Translations under genes and position numbers: made by a program | Shown here: in pieces, positions 44,780-55,249 of the stretch | Numbering within the stretch: position 1 is the stretch's first letter | How the letters are laid out: each line of letters opens with the position of its first letter | The notes under the pieces: generated by a model | The model's database searches: none | What the model was told of the DNA's origin: nothing | What the model saw: the letters and a program-made list of their open reading frames with translations, nothing else | Assembly (NCBI GenBank): GCA_045616365.1 | Contig: JAZLGP010000055.1 | Location: 450 to 64,449, forward strand | Source of the DNA: Alphaproteobacteria bacterium | GTDB taxonomy: Bacteria; Pseudomonadota; Alphaproteobacteria; UBA3830 | DNA length: 64,000 nt | Direction: 5' to 3'

Positions 44780-46061
44780 AAAAAATAATCTCCTCCGGAA
44801 TAACATCAAAGTTGCTACTAGTTAAACATAAATGTTCATTAGCTTTGATATACGTGGTTTGAGTTTTTACTGAGATAATAGTCACTCCATTAGGTTGAGT
44901 GATATATTCGCCTCTTTCCAAAATTCTTCGTTCAGCTCCCAAAACTCGCCGATCTTTTATCAAAGGCATCATAGATTCACTAGCAATCTGAACTCCTCCT
45001 ATCCAATTTATAATGTCATTTTCAGTCGCTGAAAACGGTTTGCGAATACCTATCGCAATTTCATCTTTTTCCAACCAATCCGGATGCATCATCAACCGGA
45101 ATTCATCCTGAATTTTTTCAAACAAAATCACATCGTATTTTTGTTTCAAATGCGATACTATCCCGTGAACATATTCACATAATTGATTGAAACAATTATA
45201 TAAATTTTCATGATCGTATACTGGCAATTTCGGAATTAATTGTGCTGGATTTACCGACATAACAAACGCAGCTGTTTGAGACAAAGCTTTAAAAAGTTCA
45301 AACGGATGTAATCCGTTAATTTTAAGAACTGTTTCCAAAGGAATAACTGCTTGTATCAACAATCTCAAGTTTGATAAAGATTCTTCTGTTTGATTTCGTG
45401 CAAAATTTCCCTTACGATCTGCAAAATATGAAATTTTATCACGAATAATTCTTACTAAAGTCGAGCACATTTCAACGATTTTTGAATGCTCATCCAAGGC
45501 AAGCAACGGATAAAGAAATTCTGTACCAACAACTCCGCCCTCTGTTGATTTTTCAACCTCAAATATCGGAAACCTCTGATACCTTGCATCCACCTGAAAT
45601 TCCTGAAACAACTTTAAATTCGGCTTTAAAATTGGAACTGAAATAGGTTCTTTTCCTGTATTTTCATCCTTCACATCTGTAATTTCGGAAGACATGTAAC
45701 GAGCCAAATCGCCTTCCAGCATATTTTCACCACTACGTCGAGACGGAACTGCAAGAAAAATTTTTGTTGCAGAAGAATTGATCGAAAAATAATCCCCTAA
45801 ATTCAATTCCAAAGGATCGTCTCTGACTGCATCGAAATCAAAAAAAAGACCATCAGGAAAAAATCCTTTTGCTTTCAACACTCGAATCAACCCTGAAGCC
45901 AAACAGGAAGTATCTATTTTTAAATCAAACAATCCGTAGCCAAAAGGAAAAATTGACGCAGAAACATATCCTATCGCTTGCTGAAAATATCCAGTCGTCA
46001 GTTGAAAATGTTGAGGAGAAATTAACATTCCCTCATGCCATTGAACTAAAGACTCCATCAT
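44763..46061 (-). CDS. tssK: type VI secretion system baseplate protein TssK
   Basis: The N-terminus VQWHEGMLISPQHFQ...FGYGLFDLKID...LKAKGFFPDGLFFD matches the TssK signature. An AGGAGG Shine-Dalgarno sequence precedes tandem ATGs at 46061 and 46058. Confidence 0.9.
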   Translation of the reverse strand: MMESLVQWHEGMLISPQHFQLTTGYFQQAIGYVSASIFPFGYGLFDLKIDTSCLASGLIRVLKAKGFFPDGLFFDFDAVRDDPLELNLGDYFSINSSATKIFLAVPSRRSGENMLEGDLARYMSSEITDVKDENTGKEPISVPILKPNLKLFQEFQVDARYQRFPIFEVEKSTEGGVVGTEFLYPLLALDEHSKIVEMCSTLVRIIRDKISYFADRKGNFARNQTEESLSNLRLLIQAVIPLETVLKINGLHPFELFKALSQTAAFVMSVNPAQLIPKLPVYDHENLYNCFNQLCEYVHGIVSHLKQKYDVILFEKIQDEFRLMMHPDWLEKDEIAIGIRKPFSATENDIINWIGGVQIASESMMPLIKDRRVLGAERRILERGEYITQPNGVTIISVKTQTTYIKANEHLCLTSSNFDVIPEEIIFYAERE

Positions 46062-46249
46062 TTCCTCCTACAAAACTTTCTAATATTAAAATAAATTAAC
46101 ATTGGTTAATGAATAGTTTAATTTATTAAAAATTATTAGTAAACTAATTAAAAGAATTATAAAAAACAAACCAAAACATGCCTCAAAATTTTATTAATCA
46201 TTTATTAATTCCTTTTGGGTATTTTTTATAGAGAAGAAAGGAAACTAAA

Positions 46250-47098
46250 TTGAAAAAAATAATTTTCGGACTAATTATATGCGGATTGTTTGTGAATTTT
46301 GAATCTAAATCTAAAAACATGAAGCGGTTATCAACATCTGAAAATACAATAAAATATAGTAATTTTGTATCTGATTTCCGAAAGTTACAAAAAGAATGCG
46401 AAACTTTCAGGATTAATTTAGGATCTTGTATCATCAGCCTCGAAAACACTAAAACAATTTTTGATAACATGAAATTTATGGAGCATTCATCAACATCAGA
46501 AAATAAAACGAAAGCTAGCAATCTCATATCCAATTTTCGCAATTTACAAGAAGAACTTGAAACATTTAAGCGTAAATTGGAATCTTGTATCATCAGTCTC
46601 GAAAACATTAAAACAATTTTTGATAACATAAAATTTTCGGAAAAAACAAAAAAATTAAAAGAATCTCTTCACAAACTAGAGATTATGTCGTCCTCAATAA
46701 ATTCTCAACAAAATCAATTAACAGAAACCGAACTTTCTGAAGAAACCGAGTTAAATCAAAAAGCATACTATGAAAATTTGAAATCTATCAAAGATTTCAC
46801 AAAAAATCTGAAAGGTTTTTATCAAGCTTTGCAAAATTCGGGAACTAGATTTAATGCTATTTTAAACAAAGGACACAAATTGTTCGATGATGAAGAAAAT
46901 AAACAACTATTTAAATTAAAAACCACTCCTTCTAACCTGAAAGCCCCATATTTTAATGCTCTTAATGCTTGGTTAGAAATAAAATATATGTCGAATACAG
47001 ACGCAGATTTCGATACCAATCTGAATAATTTTAAAACTAAAATTAAGTCACTGTACGAAAATCTCGCAAAAATTGATACAAAAACCTCAAAAAAATAA
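46250..47098 (+). CDS. secreted helical protein of unknown function with an internal 53-aa tandem duplication
   Basis: The TTG start encodes a signal-like N-terminus MKKIIFGLIICGLFVNF. It is transcribed divergently from tssK and followed by a strong terminator. Confidence 0.6.
   Translation: MKKIIFGLIICGLFVNFESKSKNMKRLSTSENTIKYSNFVSDFRKLQKECETFRINLGSCIISLENTKTIFDNMKFMEHSSTSENKTKASNLISNFRNLQEELETFKRKLESCIISLENIKTIFDNIKFSEKTKKLKESLHKLEIMSSSINSQQNQLTETELSEETELNQKAYYENLKSIKDFTKNLKGFYQALQNSGTRFNAILNKGHKLFDDEENKQLFKLKTTPSNLKAPYFNALNAWLEIKYMSNTDADFDTNLNNFKTKIKSLYENLAKIDTKTSKK
46331..46636 (+). repeat. two 147-nt direct repeats (period 159 nt), in frame within the 46250-47098 CDS
   Basis: The repeats at 46331-46477 and 46490-46636 encode STSENTIKYSNFVSDFRKLQKECETFRINLGSCIISLENTKTIFDNMKF and STSENKTKASNLISNFRNLQEELETFKRKLESCIISLENIKTIFDNIKF. 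Confidence 0.85.
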
Positions 47099-47135
47099 AA
47101 CGGCAATCGGTTCTCAACGCCGTTTTGGTTTTTTT
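47097..47135. terminator. rho-independent terminator between the convergent genes 46250-47098 (+) and fabD (-), possibly bidirectional
   Basis: The stem AAAACGGC (47097-47104) pairs with GCCGTTTT (47119-47126) around a 14-nt loop, followed by TTGGTTTTTTT. An A-rich run upstream gives a U tract on the minus strand as well. Confidence 0.65.
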
Positions 47136-47167
47136 GATCAATAACAAATAACTTCCAGATGAAAAGC

Positions 47168-48091
47168 TTACATCTCCTTTGTTTGGTCTAAAGACTCAAT
47201 AGAATTTATGTTAATCAATTGCATACTTGGTGAAATTCTTTTAACCAATCCTGTTAGAACTTTTCCCGAACCAATTTCAATGCATTTGGAAACCCCATTC
47301 GATTCGGCGTACATAATAGACTCACGCCATCTGACTCTGCCTGTGATTTGTTTCAATAAAAGGTCTTTGAAGCCTTCCTTTTCCGCCTTTGCCGAAACAT
47401 TTGCGATAATCGGATTGGATGGTGATTTAAACTCAATATCAGATAAAAATTCTTCTAATACTTTCACCGCCGGTTGCATCAACTCACTGTGAAATGGACC
47501 ACTAACAGGAAGCATCACTGCCCTCTTTGCTCCGTAACCCGAAGCAATTTCTATCGCCTTTTTTACAGCTTCTTCATGTCCACTAACAACTATTTGCCCA
47601 ATAGAATTATCGTTTGCTATTTGTACCTTTGCCGATTCAAAACAAGCTTCTTCGACGATTTTTTCAACTTGATCTACATCTAATCCCAAAATTGCAGCCA
47701 TTGCCCCACCTTTGGGACAAGCAGATGACATTGCTTTCCCCCTGATTCTAAGAATTTTTGCTGTATCTCTTAAAGAAATCGAACCCGCCGCACATAAAGC
47801 AGTATATTCTCCTAAAGAATGTCCTGCAAAAAATTTCACTTTAGAAAAATCAACTCCAAATTCTTTTTTCATTGTCTCAACAAATGCAATACTGACCATC
47901 ATCAAAGCTGGTTGAGTATTTTCAGTTTTTTTTAAATCCTCCTCCGTTCCATCAAAAACCAATTTCGATAAATTGAAAGAAATTGCATCGTCAACTTCAT
48001 GAAAAACATCTCTTGCTGAAGAAAAATTATCGAAAATATCCTTTCCCATTCCAATTCTTTGGGACCCCTGTCCCGGAAACACAAAAATCAT
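47168..48091 (-). CDS. fabD: malonyl CoA-acyl carrier protein transacylase
   Basis: Has FVFPGQGSQRIGMG, GHSLGEYTAL (active-site Ser) and VSGPFHS. Confidence 0.93.
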   Translation of the reverse strand: MIFVFPGQGSQRIGMGKDIFDNFSSARDVFHEVDDAISFNLSKLVFDGTEEDLKKTENTQPALMMVSIAFVETMKKEFGVDFSKVKFFAGHSLGEYTALCAAGSISLRDTAKILRIRGKAMSSACPKGGAMAAILGLDVDQVEKIVEEACFESAKVQIANDNSIGQIVVSGHEEAVKKAIEIASGYGAKRAVMLPVSGPFHSELMQPAVKVLEEFLSDIEFKSPSNPIIANVSAKAEKEGFKDLLLKQITGRVRWRESIMYAESNGVSKCIEIGSGKVLTGLVKRISPSMQLININSIESLDQTKEM

Positions 48092-48112
48092 TTTTTATCC
48101 TTTCATTTTTAT

Positions 48113-48577
48113 CTATTTATCATATGGATGATTGTCCATTATTTTTTCAATGCGATAAATTTGCTCAACCAAAATCAGTCGCGCCAACATATGCGGTAAC
48201 GTAATCTTTCCGAGAGAAATTATTCGATCACTCTGTTTTTTTACCGATGAATGCAGTCCATCCGCCCCACCGATAAAAAACACAAAAGAAGAATACCCCT
48301 CATTAGTTTTTTGCTCTATAAAATCCGAGAATTCATGACTTGTTAAAAGATCGCCTGTTTCATCCATAGAAATCAAACACGAATTTTTCGGAATATCCGA
48401 CAGAAGCAGCTCCGCTTCACTCTGTTTCAAAGAATCTCTCGAAGTACTTTTCGATTTTTTAATCTCTAACTCGTTTATCTTTATTTGGTTGCGAACTCTA
48501 TTTTTATATTCTTCAACCAACTCTAAAGTCGGAGATTTTTTCAACTTTCCAATCGCATTTATCTGAAACTTAATCAT
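48113..48577 (-). CDS. rlmH: 23S rRNA (pseudouridine1915-N3)-methyltransferase RlmH
   Basis: Has the SPOUT pattern FFIGGADGL...[23 protein letters not shown]. An ATGA overlap couples it to the upstream ABC ATPase gene. Confidence 0.9.
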   Translation of the reverse strand: MIKFQINAIGKLKKSPTLELVEEYKNRVRNQIKINELEIKKSKSTSRDSLKQSEAELLLSDIPKNSCLISMDETGDLLTSHEFSDFIEQKTNEGYSSFVFFIGGADGLHSSVKKQSDRIISLGKITLPHMLARLILVEQIYRIEKIMDNHPYDK

Positions 48578-49695
48578 CTCGTTTCAATTGACTGAGAATT
48601 AATTCCGCAAATTGTTTTACCACTTTCATCGAACAAATAGCAACGATCATACTCGAAGGCCAACCGAGCTTTTTCTCCGACTTGTTCTAACACCGCTTTT
48701 TTTGACTTAGACATAATCTGATATCCGTTCTTCAAGCAAACATGAACGAACCCTTCGCCTCCTAAATTTTCCGCAAGAACAACTTCTCCATCCAAACGAT
48801 TCCCTGAACATTTTGATTTTTGATCAACGACATCCAAATCTTCTGGTCGAATTCCAATGAAATACTTAGAATTTTTATTCAGATCCTGCTTTTTATCGAT
48901 AGAAATAATTTCACCTGTCTCCAACTTAAAGCTAGACAGACCATCTCTATTACCCTCAAAAACGACAGGAAAAATATTCATCTTACTGGAACCGATAAAC
49001 CGAGCAACAAAAGTATTCACTGGAGAATTGTAAATCTCCAATGGTGATCCTTCCTGTTCAATAATACCATCATGCATAACGACAATTTTATCTGCCAAAG
49101 TCATCGCCTCAGACTGATCATGAGTAACATAAACCATGGTCGTCTTAAGCTGAGCCTTTAATTTCGCAAGCTCATATCTCATCTGGCATCGCAAAGAATA
49201 ATCCAAATTCGAAAGAGGTTCATCAAATAAAAAAGCATAAGGATTTCGGACAATCGCACGACCTATCGCAACCCTCTGTCTCTGCCCACCCGACAGTTCC
49301 TTCGGTTTACGCTGTAGCAAATGATCTATTTTCAAAATCTTCGCAGCCTCTTCTACTCTCTTTTTGATCTCGCTTTTCTTTAATTTACGAACTTGCAAAG
49401 AAAAAGACATGTTTTCAAAAACCGTCATGTGAGGATACAAAGCATAGGACTGGAAAACCATTGCAATTCCACGACTCGCAGGAGGAACATCGTTTACTAA
49501 ACGATCACCAATATATATCTCTCCCGAATCCAGATCTTCCAATCCGCAAATTAATCGTAAAATCGTAGATTTTCCACATCCAGAAGGACCAACTAACACC
49601 GTACATTGTCCATCCTCAATTGTTAGGTCTACATCCTTTATAATGGAACTATCCCCGAAAGATTTATTTATTCCTCGTAATCTTATAGACGCCAT
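48574..49695 (-). CDS. ABC transporter ATP-binding protein (UgpC/MalK-like, with a C-terminal regulatory/TOBE-like domain)
   Basis: Has Walker [10 protein letters not shown], the signature [14 protein letters not shown] and Walker [13 protein letters not shown] chose the ATG at 49695 ([13 protein letters not shown]). No permease or binding-protein gene is adjacent. Confidence 0.88.
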   Translation of the reverse strand: MASIRLRGINKSFGDSSIIKDVDLTIEDGQCTVLVGPSGCGKSTILRLICGLEDLDSGEIYIGDRLVNDVPPASRGIAMVFQSYALYPHMTVFENMSFSLQVRKLKKSEIKKRVEEAAKILKIDHLLQRKPKELSGGQRQRVAIGRAIVRNPYAFLFDEPLSNLDYSLRCQMRYELAKLKAQLKTTMVYVTHDQSEAMTLADKIVVMHDGIIEQEGSPLEIYNSPVNTFVARFIGSSKMNIFPVVFEGNRDGLSSFKLETGEIISIDKKQDLNKNSKYFIGIRPEDLDVVDQKSKCSGNRLDGEVVLAENLGGEGFVHVCLKNGYQIMSKSKKAVLEQVGEKARLAFEYDRCYLFDESGKTICGINSQSIETR

Positions 49696-49705
49696 ATCCG
49701 TTTCT

Positions 49706-52360
49706 CTATTTCTCTTCAATTTTAGTATTTTCGATCAACCTCACCGCAGACACGACCTTCTCATCTTTTCCGACTTTGAAGAAAATCACTCCTTGAGTGG
49801 CTCTACCTGTAATTCTCACACCAGAAACTGGACAACGAATCAACTTACCTCCGTCTGTAATTAACATTACATCATCCTCATCATTCACTGGAAATACTGA
49901 AATAACCTTTCCGTTCTTAGAACTCATGTCCAAATTCTTTACACCTTGAGCCCCTCGACTCATTGTCCTGTATTCAAAAGACGATGTTCTTTTCGCATAA
50001 CCTTTTTCGGTTATGGTCATCAAAATCTGTTCCAAACCTTTCATCTCTTCATATTTTGCAGGAGGATCCATTTGTTGCTCAAGATCAAGTTCTTCTCCTG
50101 TCCGTCTCAACCAATTAGAGTAACGAACATATTCCTCTCTCTCTTCTACAGTGGAAGTTCCATTATTCAACACAGCCATAGAGATAACTTCGTCATCTCC
50201 TACCAACTTAATAGCACGAACTCCAACAGAATTTCGGCTAGAAAAAACTCGGAGAGAATCTACAGGGAATCGAACACTCTTTCCAAGTTTTGTGGAAATC
50301 AAAATATCCATTCCTGCTTTACAAAGAGCAACCGCGATCAACCTCTCATCTTCAAGCTTCATCGCGATCTTACCCTTGGAGTTAATATTCGCGAAAACAC
50401 TCAAATTGTTTCTTCTGATTGTTCCTCTCGAGGTTGCTAACACGACATCGTAATCATCCCAAGTAGACTGATCATCAGGTAAAGACAATCCTGTTGCTAA
50501 TGCCTCATCAGCTTTTGTTGGAAAAAGATTTACAAGAGCTTTTCCTTTCGACTGCGGAGTTCCCAACGGCAACTTGTATACCTTCATCTGGTAAACCATT
50601 CCAGTTGTTGAAAAAAACAGCACTGGAGTATGAGTATTCGCAACAAAAACGTCTTGAACGAAATCCTCGTCCTTTGTTGTCATTCCTGTCTTACCCTTGC
50701 CTCCTCTGTGTTGCGCACGATAAGTACTTAATGGAACTCTCTTTATGTATCCACTGTGGCTTATTGTAACAACCATGTCTTCCTTCTGGATAAAATCTTC
50801 ATCGTCCAGATCTATGTCATTTTCTTCAATCGCTGTGATACGAGGAGTCGCAAATTCATCTCGAATTTCAACCAATTCAGCACGAACAATCTCCATAACC
50901 CTCGATCGTGAAGCCAAAATATTCAACAAATCTTTGATTTTATCGGACAACTGACTCAGTTCGTCAGAAATTTTCGTTCTCTCCAACCCAGTTAATCTAT
51001 GCAATTTCAAATCTAAAATTGCCTGAGCTTGAACCTCGGTCAATCGACATCTTCCATCGAAATAAATACTATTAGGATCATCTACTAACTTGATCAACGG
51101 CTCAATATCTGCCGCATCCCAATCTATACTCATCAAAGTCGCCTTCGCTGAGCCTGGATCATCACTGGTTTTTACAATACGAATCACTTCATCAATGTTT
51201 GCAACAGCAATCGCCAATCCTATCAATAAATGAGCCCTATCCCTCGCCTTGTTCAAATTGAAACGAGTTCTACGAACAACAACTTCCGTTCTGAATTCTA
51301 TAAACGCCTGCAAAACTTCAATCAATCCCATCAATTTCGGACGACCGTTATGCAGCGCAAGCATATTAATTCCGAAAGACGATTGCATTGGAGTAGATCT
51401 GTAAAGCTGATTCAAAACAACATCCGCATTAACATCTTTCTTTAGCTCGATAACAACTCGTACTCCATCTTTATCAGACTCATCTCTTATATCAGAAATT
51501 CCCTCGATAACTTTTTCATTTACCAAAGATGCGATCTTCTCTATCATCTTCGCCTTGTTAACCTGATAAGGCACTTCAGTAACGACTATTGCTTCACGAT
51601 CCTTTCGGCTTTTCTCTATATGAGTTTTTGATCGAATAACAATGGAACCCCTTCCCGTTCTAAACCCGGAAAGAATACCTCCTCTTCCGAGAATAATACC
51701 TCCTGTTGGGAAATCAGGTCCAGGCAATACAGTCATTATCTCTTCTAATGATGCCTCCGGATTGTTGATTAACATCACACAAGCATCAATGACCTCTCCA
51801 AGATTATGGGACGGAACATTTGTTGCCATCCCCACAGCGATACCGTTTGCACCGTTCACCAAAAAGTTCGGAAACCGTGCTGGTAACAAAACAGGTTCCT
51901 TCAATGACTCATCATAGTTCGGTTGAAAATCAACTGTATCTAAGTAAAGATCCTCAGTTAATTTATGAGCTATTTTAGATAAACGAGCCTCGGTATAACG
52001 CATTGCCGCGGCAGAATCACCATCCATCGATCCGAAATTCCCCTGTCCACTGATAAGAGGAACACCTATCGAGAAAGGCTGAGCCATACGAACCATTGCA
52101 TCGTATATCGCGGTATCTCCGTGAGGATGATACTTACCTATAACATCACCGACGATACGAGCAGATTTACGAAATGGCTTGTTATAATCGTATCCACACT
52201 CCGTCATACTGTAAATGATACGACGATGCACTGGCTTCAAACCATCTCTTACATCAGGTAATGCACGCGCAACGATAACGCTCATGGCATAATCCAGATA
52301 AGAGCGTTTCATCTCCTCGTCAAGATCAACCGGAACTATGTCCTCGTTTTCCACACTCAA
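49706..52360 (-). CDS. gyrA: DNA gyrase subunit A
   Basis: Has [38 protein letters not shown] (catalytic Tyr) and C-terminal beta-pinwheel repeats. It has a TTG start. Confidence 0.96.
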   Translation of the reverse strand: MSVENEDIVPVDLDEEMKRSYLDYAMSVIVARALPDVRDGLKPVHRRIIYSMTECGYDYNKPFRKSARIVGDVIGKYHPHGDTAIYDAMVRMAQPFSIGVPLISGQGNFGSMDGDSAAAMRYTEARLSKIAHKLTEDLYLDTVDFQPNYDESLKEPVLLPARFPNFLVNGANGIAVGMATNVPSHNLGEVIDACVMLINNPEASLEEIMTVLPGPDFPTGGIILGRGGILSGFRTGRGSIVIRSKTHIEKSRKDREAIVVTEVPYQVNKAKMIEKIASLVNEKVIEGISDIRDESDKDGVRVVIELKKDVNADVVLNQLYRSTPMQSSFGINMLALHNGRPKLMGLIEVLQAFIEFRTEVVVRRTRFNLNKARDRAHLLIGLAIAVANIDEVIRIVKTSDDPGSAKATLMSIDWDAADIEPLIKLVDDPNSIYFDGRCRLTEVQAQAILDLKLHRLTGLERTKISDELSQLSDKIKDLLNILASRSRVMEIVRAELVEIRDEFATPRITAIEENDIDLDDEDFIQKEDMVVTISHSGYIKRVPLSTYRAQHRGGKGKTGMTTKDEDFVQDVFVANTHTPVLFFSTTGMVYQMKVYKLPLGTPQSKGKALVNLFPTKADEALATGLSLPDDQSTWDDYDVVLATSRGTIRRNNLSVFANINSKGKIAMKLEDERLIAVALCKAGMDILISTKLGKSVRFPVDSLRVFSSRNSVGVRAIKLVGDDEVISMAVLNNGTSTVEEREEYVRYSNWLRRTGEELDLEQQMDPPAKYEEMKGLEQILMTITEKGYAKRTSSFEYRTMSRGAQGVKNLDMSSKNGKVISVFPVNDEDDVMLITDGGKLIRCPVSGVRITGRATQGVIFFKVGKDEKVVSAVRLIENTKIEEK

Positions 52361-52390
52361 AAGAACTCTCCCAAATACTACTTAAATCGA

Positions 52391-52816
52391 TTAAAACGGA
52401 ATATCATCATCTATTCCAGCGGGAGCCTGATCAGTTATACTATCAGATATATCATCCCCCCCATTTCTGGAATCCAACATAGCAATTTCCCCCTTAAAAC
52501 GAGGAATCACTACCTCCGTAGTAAATTTTTCGATTCCGTCTTTATCCTGCCATTTTCTAGTCTGAAGTTGCCCCTCAAGGTAAACTTTCGACCCTTTTCT
52601 TAAATATTTTTCGCAAACTTCTGCCAAATTCGGATTGAACACCACAACCCTGTGCCACTCCGTCCTGTCTTTTCTCTCTCCAGTAGTCCTATCTTTCCAA
52701 GACTCAGTCGTCGCCAAAGAAAAATTTACGATCTTACTACCATCCTGACTTGATCGAACTTCTGGATCCCTTCCCAAATTACCCAACAAGGTCACTTTAT
52801 TGATGCTTCCCGCCAT
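52391..52816 (-). CDS. ssb: single-stranded DNA-binding protein
   Basis: Has the OB-fold N-terminus MAGSINKVTLLGNLGRDPEVR...TEWHRVV and the acidic tail DDDIPF. Confidence 0.93.
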   Translation of the reverse strand: MAGSINKVTLLGNLGRDPEVRSSQDGSKIVNFSLATTESWKDRTTGERKDRTEWHRVVVFNPNLAEVCEKYLRKGSKVYLEGQLQTRKWQDKDGIEKFTTEVVIPRFKGEIAMLDSRNGGDDISDSITDQAPAGIDDDIPF

Positions 52817-52966
52817 GAATTCTATCCATTATAAACCCTTTGTATTGTATATATTATACCAAAATATTTCAACCGGACTTTAACCTTTTAGAAACCATTT
52901 CCAAATATGATCTAAAATTTACTGTTGCTAAAAAAAATTAAACGGTGTATAAAGTCTTCAGAGTTT

Positions 52967-53041
52967 GGGCACATAGCTCAGAGGTAGAGCACTACGTTGA
53001 CATCGTAGTGGTCGTAGGTTCGATCCCTGCTGTGCCCACCA
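52967..53041 (+). tRNA. tRNA-Val (anticodon GAC)
   Basis: Folds as GGGCACA-TA-GCTCAGAGGTAGAGC-A-CTACG-TTGACAT-CGTAG-TGGTC-GTAGG-TTCGATC-CCTGC-TGTGCCC-A-CCA. All stems pair. Confidence 0.92.
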
Positions 53042-53076
53042 TTAGTTTTTTTGGCAACACCAAAGGAAGGTTTAAG

Positions 53077-53559
53077 TTGGCTCCTCAAGTAAAGATAGAT
53101 ACGGAAGCGGTGCGCGCTCTTGCAGAGCTTCTGAGGGAAACCGATCTAACAGAAATTGAATATCAGGAAAATTCAACAAGGATAAAAGTTTTAAGAACTG
53201 TGCAGCAGGCAGTCGTGCCAGTTGCGGATATTTCCGCTTTGGCTCCAACAATGAAGCAATCTGCATCAGCAGCTGCGGATACAGTTCCGTCCTCAAACAA
53301 AAATCAAGATGATTGGGCAGACCATCCTGGCATAATCGAAGCACAAATGGTTGGAACGGTTTACTTAGCACCGGGACCAGGAGCAGATCCTTTCGTTTCT
53401 GTAGGAAGCAAAGTTGAGGAAGGTCAAACTTTATTTATCATTGAAGCGATGAAGGTAATGAATATGATAAAAGCTCCTAAATCAGGAGTTGTTAAACATA
53501 TTTTTGTGAAGGATGCTCAGCCTGTAGAGTACGGTGACCCTATAGTTGTGGTTGGTTAG
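53077..53559 (+). CDS. accB: acetyl-CoA carboxylase biotin carboxyl carrier protein
   Basis: Has the biotinylation motif IIEAMKVMNMI and a C-terminal lipoyl-like domain. The TTG at 53077 follows an AAAGGAAGG Shine-Dalgarno sequence. The ORF-track start at 52945 reads through tRNA-Val. Confidence 0.88.
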   Translation: MAPQVKIDTEAVRALAELLRETDLTEIEYQENSTRIKVLRTVQQAVVPVADISALAPTMKQSASAAADTVPSSNKNQDDWADHPGIIEAQMVGTVYLAPGPGADPFVSVGSKVEEGQTLFIIEAMKVMNMIKAPKSGVVKHIFVKDAQPVEYGDPIVVVG

Positions 53560-53562
53560 CCC

Positions 53563-54912
53563 ATGATAAAAAAAATACTGATTGCCAATAGAGGTGAAAT
53601 AGCTCTTAGAGTACTGAGAGCTTGTAAAGATTTGGGGATTCAAACAGTAGCAGTACATTCTACTGCAGATGTTGATGCAATGCATGTAAGATTGGCAGAC
53701 GAAAGTGTCTGTATTGGTCCAGCATCGCCTCGGGAAAGTTATCTAAACATTCCAGCAATCATTTCTGCCGCTTGTATTACTGGCGCTGATGCAATTCACC
53801 CGGGATTCGGGTTCTTAAGCGAGAATGCGACTTTCGCCCACATGGTAGAAGAACACGGCTTGATCTTTATTGGACCAAAAGCTGATCACATTGTCATGAT
53901 GGGTGACAAGATTATGGCGAAAAAGACTGTTTCTCGCCTTGGTTTACCAACTGTTCCAGGATCGGATGGAGCTCTCACAACCGCCAAAGAAGCTATTGAA
54001 CTTGCAGAAAGGATGGGATTCCCTGTTTTAATAAAAGCGGCTGGCGGTGGTGGAGGAAGAGGAATGAAAGTTTCTCGCTCCAAGGACGATTTTATCGAAG
54101 CATATGAAACAGCTAAGCGTGAATCCGGAGTTTCTTTTGGCAACGATCGAGTATACTTGGAGAAATATCTAGAAAATCCGAAACATATCGAGTTTCAGGT
54201 AATTGCAGATCAATATGGAAACGCGGTTCATTTAGGAGAACGTGACTGTTCAATGCAAAGACGGAATCAAAAAGTCTGGGAAGAAGCTCCAAGTATGGTA
54301 TTGACTCCGGAATTTCGGGACAAATTCGGAAAAAAAATTGCAAAGGCCGTTTCCGAAATGGGCTATGTCGGTGTCGGCACCTTGGAATTTTTATACGAAA
54401 ACGGACAGCTGTATTTTATTGAAATGAATACGCGCATTCAGGTTGAACACCCAATAACTGAGATGATTACAGGAGTCGATATTGTTCGTGAGCAGATTTT
54501 AGTTGCCGCTGGAGAGAAGTTGTCGTTTACTCAAGATGATGTAACCTTCACTGGTCACGCGATTGAATGCAGAATCAACGCAGAAAATCCGGATACTTAT
54601 ATTCCGTCAGCAGGTACAATTAAAAATTATCATTGTCCAGGAGGTCCTGGAGTAAGAGTAGATAGTTCAATGTACGAAGGATGCAAGATCCCTCCGTATT
54701 ATGATAGTTTGATTGCAAAGCTAATTATTCATGGAAAAGATAGACATCAGTGTTTATCCAGATTGCGCAGAGCTCTTGGCGAATATGTCATCAGCGGAAT
54801 TGATACATTGATCCCGCTACATTTGAGCCTTGCGGATGATCAAAATGTCATAAATGGTAACTTTAATATACATTTTTTGGAGAACTTTTCTCGGAGCTTA
54901 AAACAGGATTAA
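53563..54912 (+). CDS. accC: acetyl-CoA carboxylase biotin carboxylase subunit
   Basis: MIKKILIANRGEIALRVLRACKDLGI, an ATP-grasp glycine loop (KAAGGGGGRGMKV) and EMNTRIQVEHPITE. Confidence 0.95.
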   Translation: MIKKILIANRGEIALRVLRACKDLGIQTVAVHSTADVDAMHVRLADESVCIGPASPRESYLNIPAIISAACITGADAIHPGFGFLSENATFAHMVEEHGLIFIGPKADHIVMMGDKIMAKKTVSRLGLPTVPGSDGALTTAKEAIELAERMGFPVLIKAAGGGGGRGMKVSRSKDDFIEAYETAKRESGVSFGNDRVYLEKYLENPKHIEFQVIADQYGNAVHLGERDCSMQRRNQKVWEEAPSMVLTPEFRDKFGKKIAKAVSEMGYVGVGTLEFLYENGQLYFIEMNTRIQVEHPITEMITGVDIVREQILVAAGEKLSFTQDDVTFTGHAIECRINAENPDTYIPSAGTIKNYHCPGGPGVRVDSSMYEGCKIPPYYDSLIAKLIIHGKDRHQCLSRLRRALGEYVISGIDTLIPLHLSLADDQNVINGNFNIHFLENFSRSLKQD

Positions 54913-54992
54913 TTTTATTATATTTCAATATATTATATTCGTTGCATTTTAAGAGCTTTTTTGGTTTTATCTTAAAAAAGTTTTGGCTTTTG

Positions 54993-55021
54993 TTTACACC
55001 AGTTTTTCGATCGTATATAAT
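54993..55021 (+). promoter_or_regulatory. sigma-70-like promoter candidate for rne
   Basis: TTTACA (54993-54998), a 17-nt spacer, then TATAAT (55016-55021). This would give a ~220-nt leader before the rne ATG at 55250. Confidence 0.45.
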
Positions 55022-55249
55022 GCCACCAATGGTTGTTGTAACCATGTAAATTTTGGTTCTACGAAGGCTAGATGAATTTTTTCTTCGTGGATTTGGTTGA
55101 ACGGAATGTTTAAAAGGGTGTTATGCCTATTTTGGAAATGAATTTTTCAGTTTTTTTATTGTGGCGGAACGAAAAGGTTCCGGTGCGAGATGTCTTAGGT
55201 TACAAGCGAAACCTTTTGAATGTTCCTATTCAGAATTTTGGAGAAGAAC

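Noticed and set aside
46198-46629. 143-aa minus-strand ORF that itself contains a repeat
   Set aside because: It is antisense to the better-supported plus-strand secreted-protein gene, and its repeat is the reverse-strand image of the same duplication.
52817-52966. Strand switch (long run of minus-strand genes to the left, plus-strand genes to the right), considered as a possible replication origin
   Set aside because: The spacer is only 150 bp and has a single weak DnaA-box-like match (CTATCCATT, 6 of 9). No dnaA or hemE context is present. GC-skew analysis of the whole genome would be needed.
52945-53076. N-terminal 44 codons of the ORF-track version of accB
   Set aside because: This stretch is the tRNA-Val(GAC) gene plus spacer. 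The real accB start is the TTG at 53077, behind a Shine-Dalgarno sequence.
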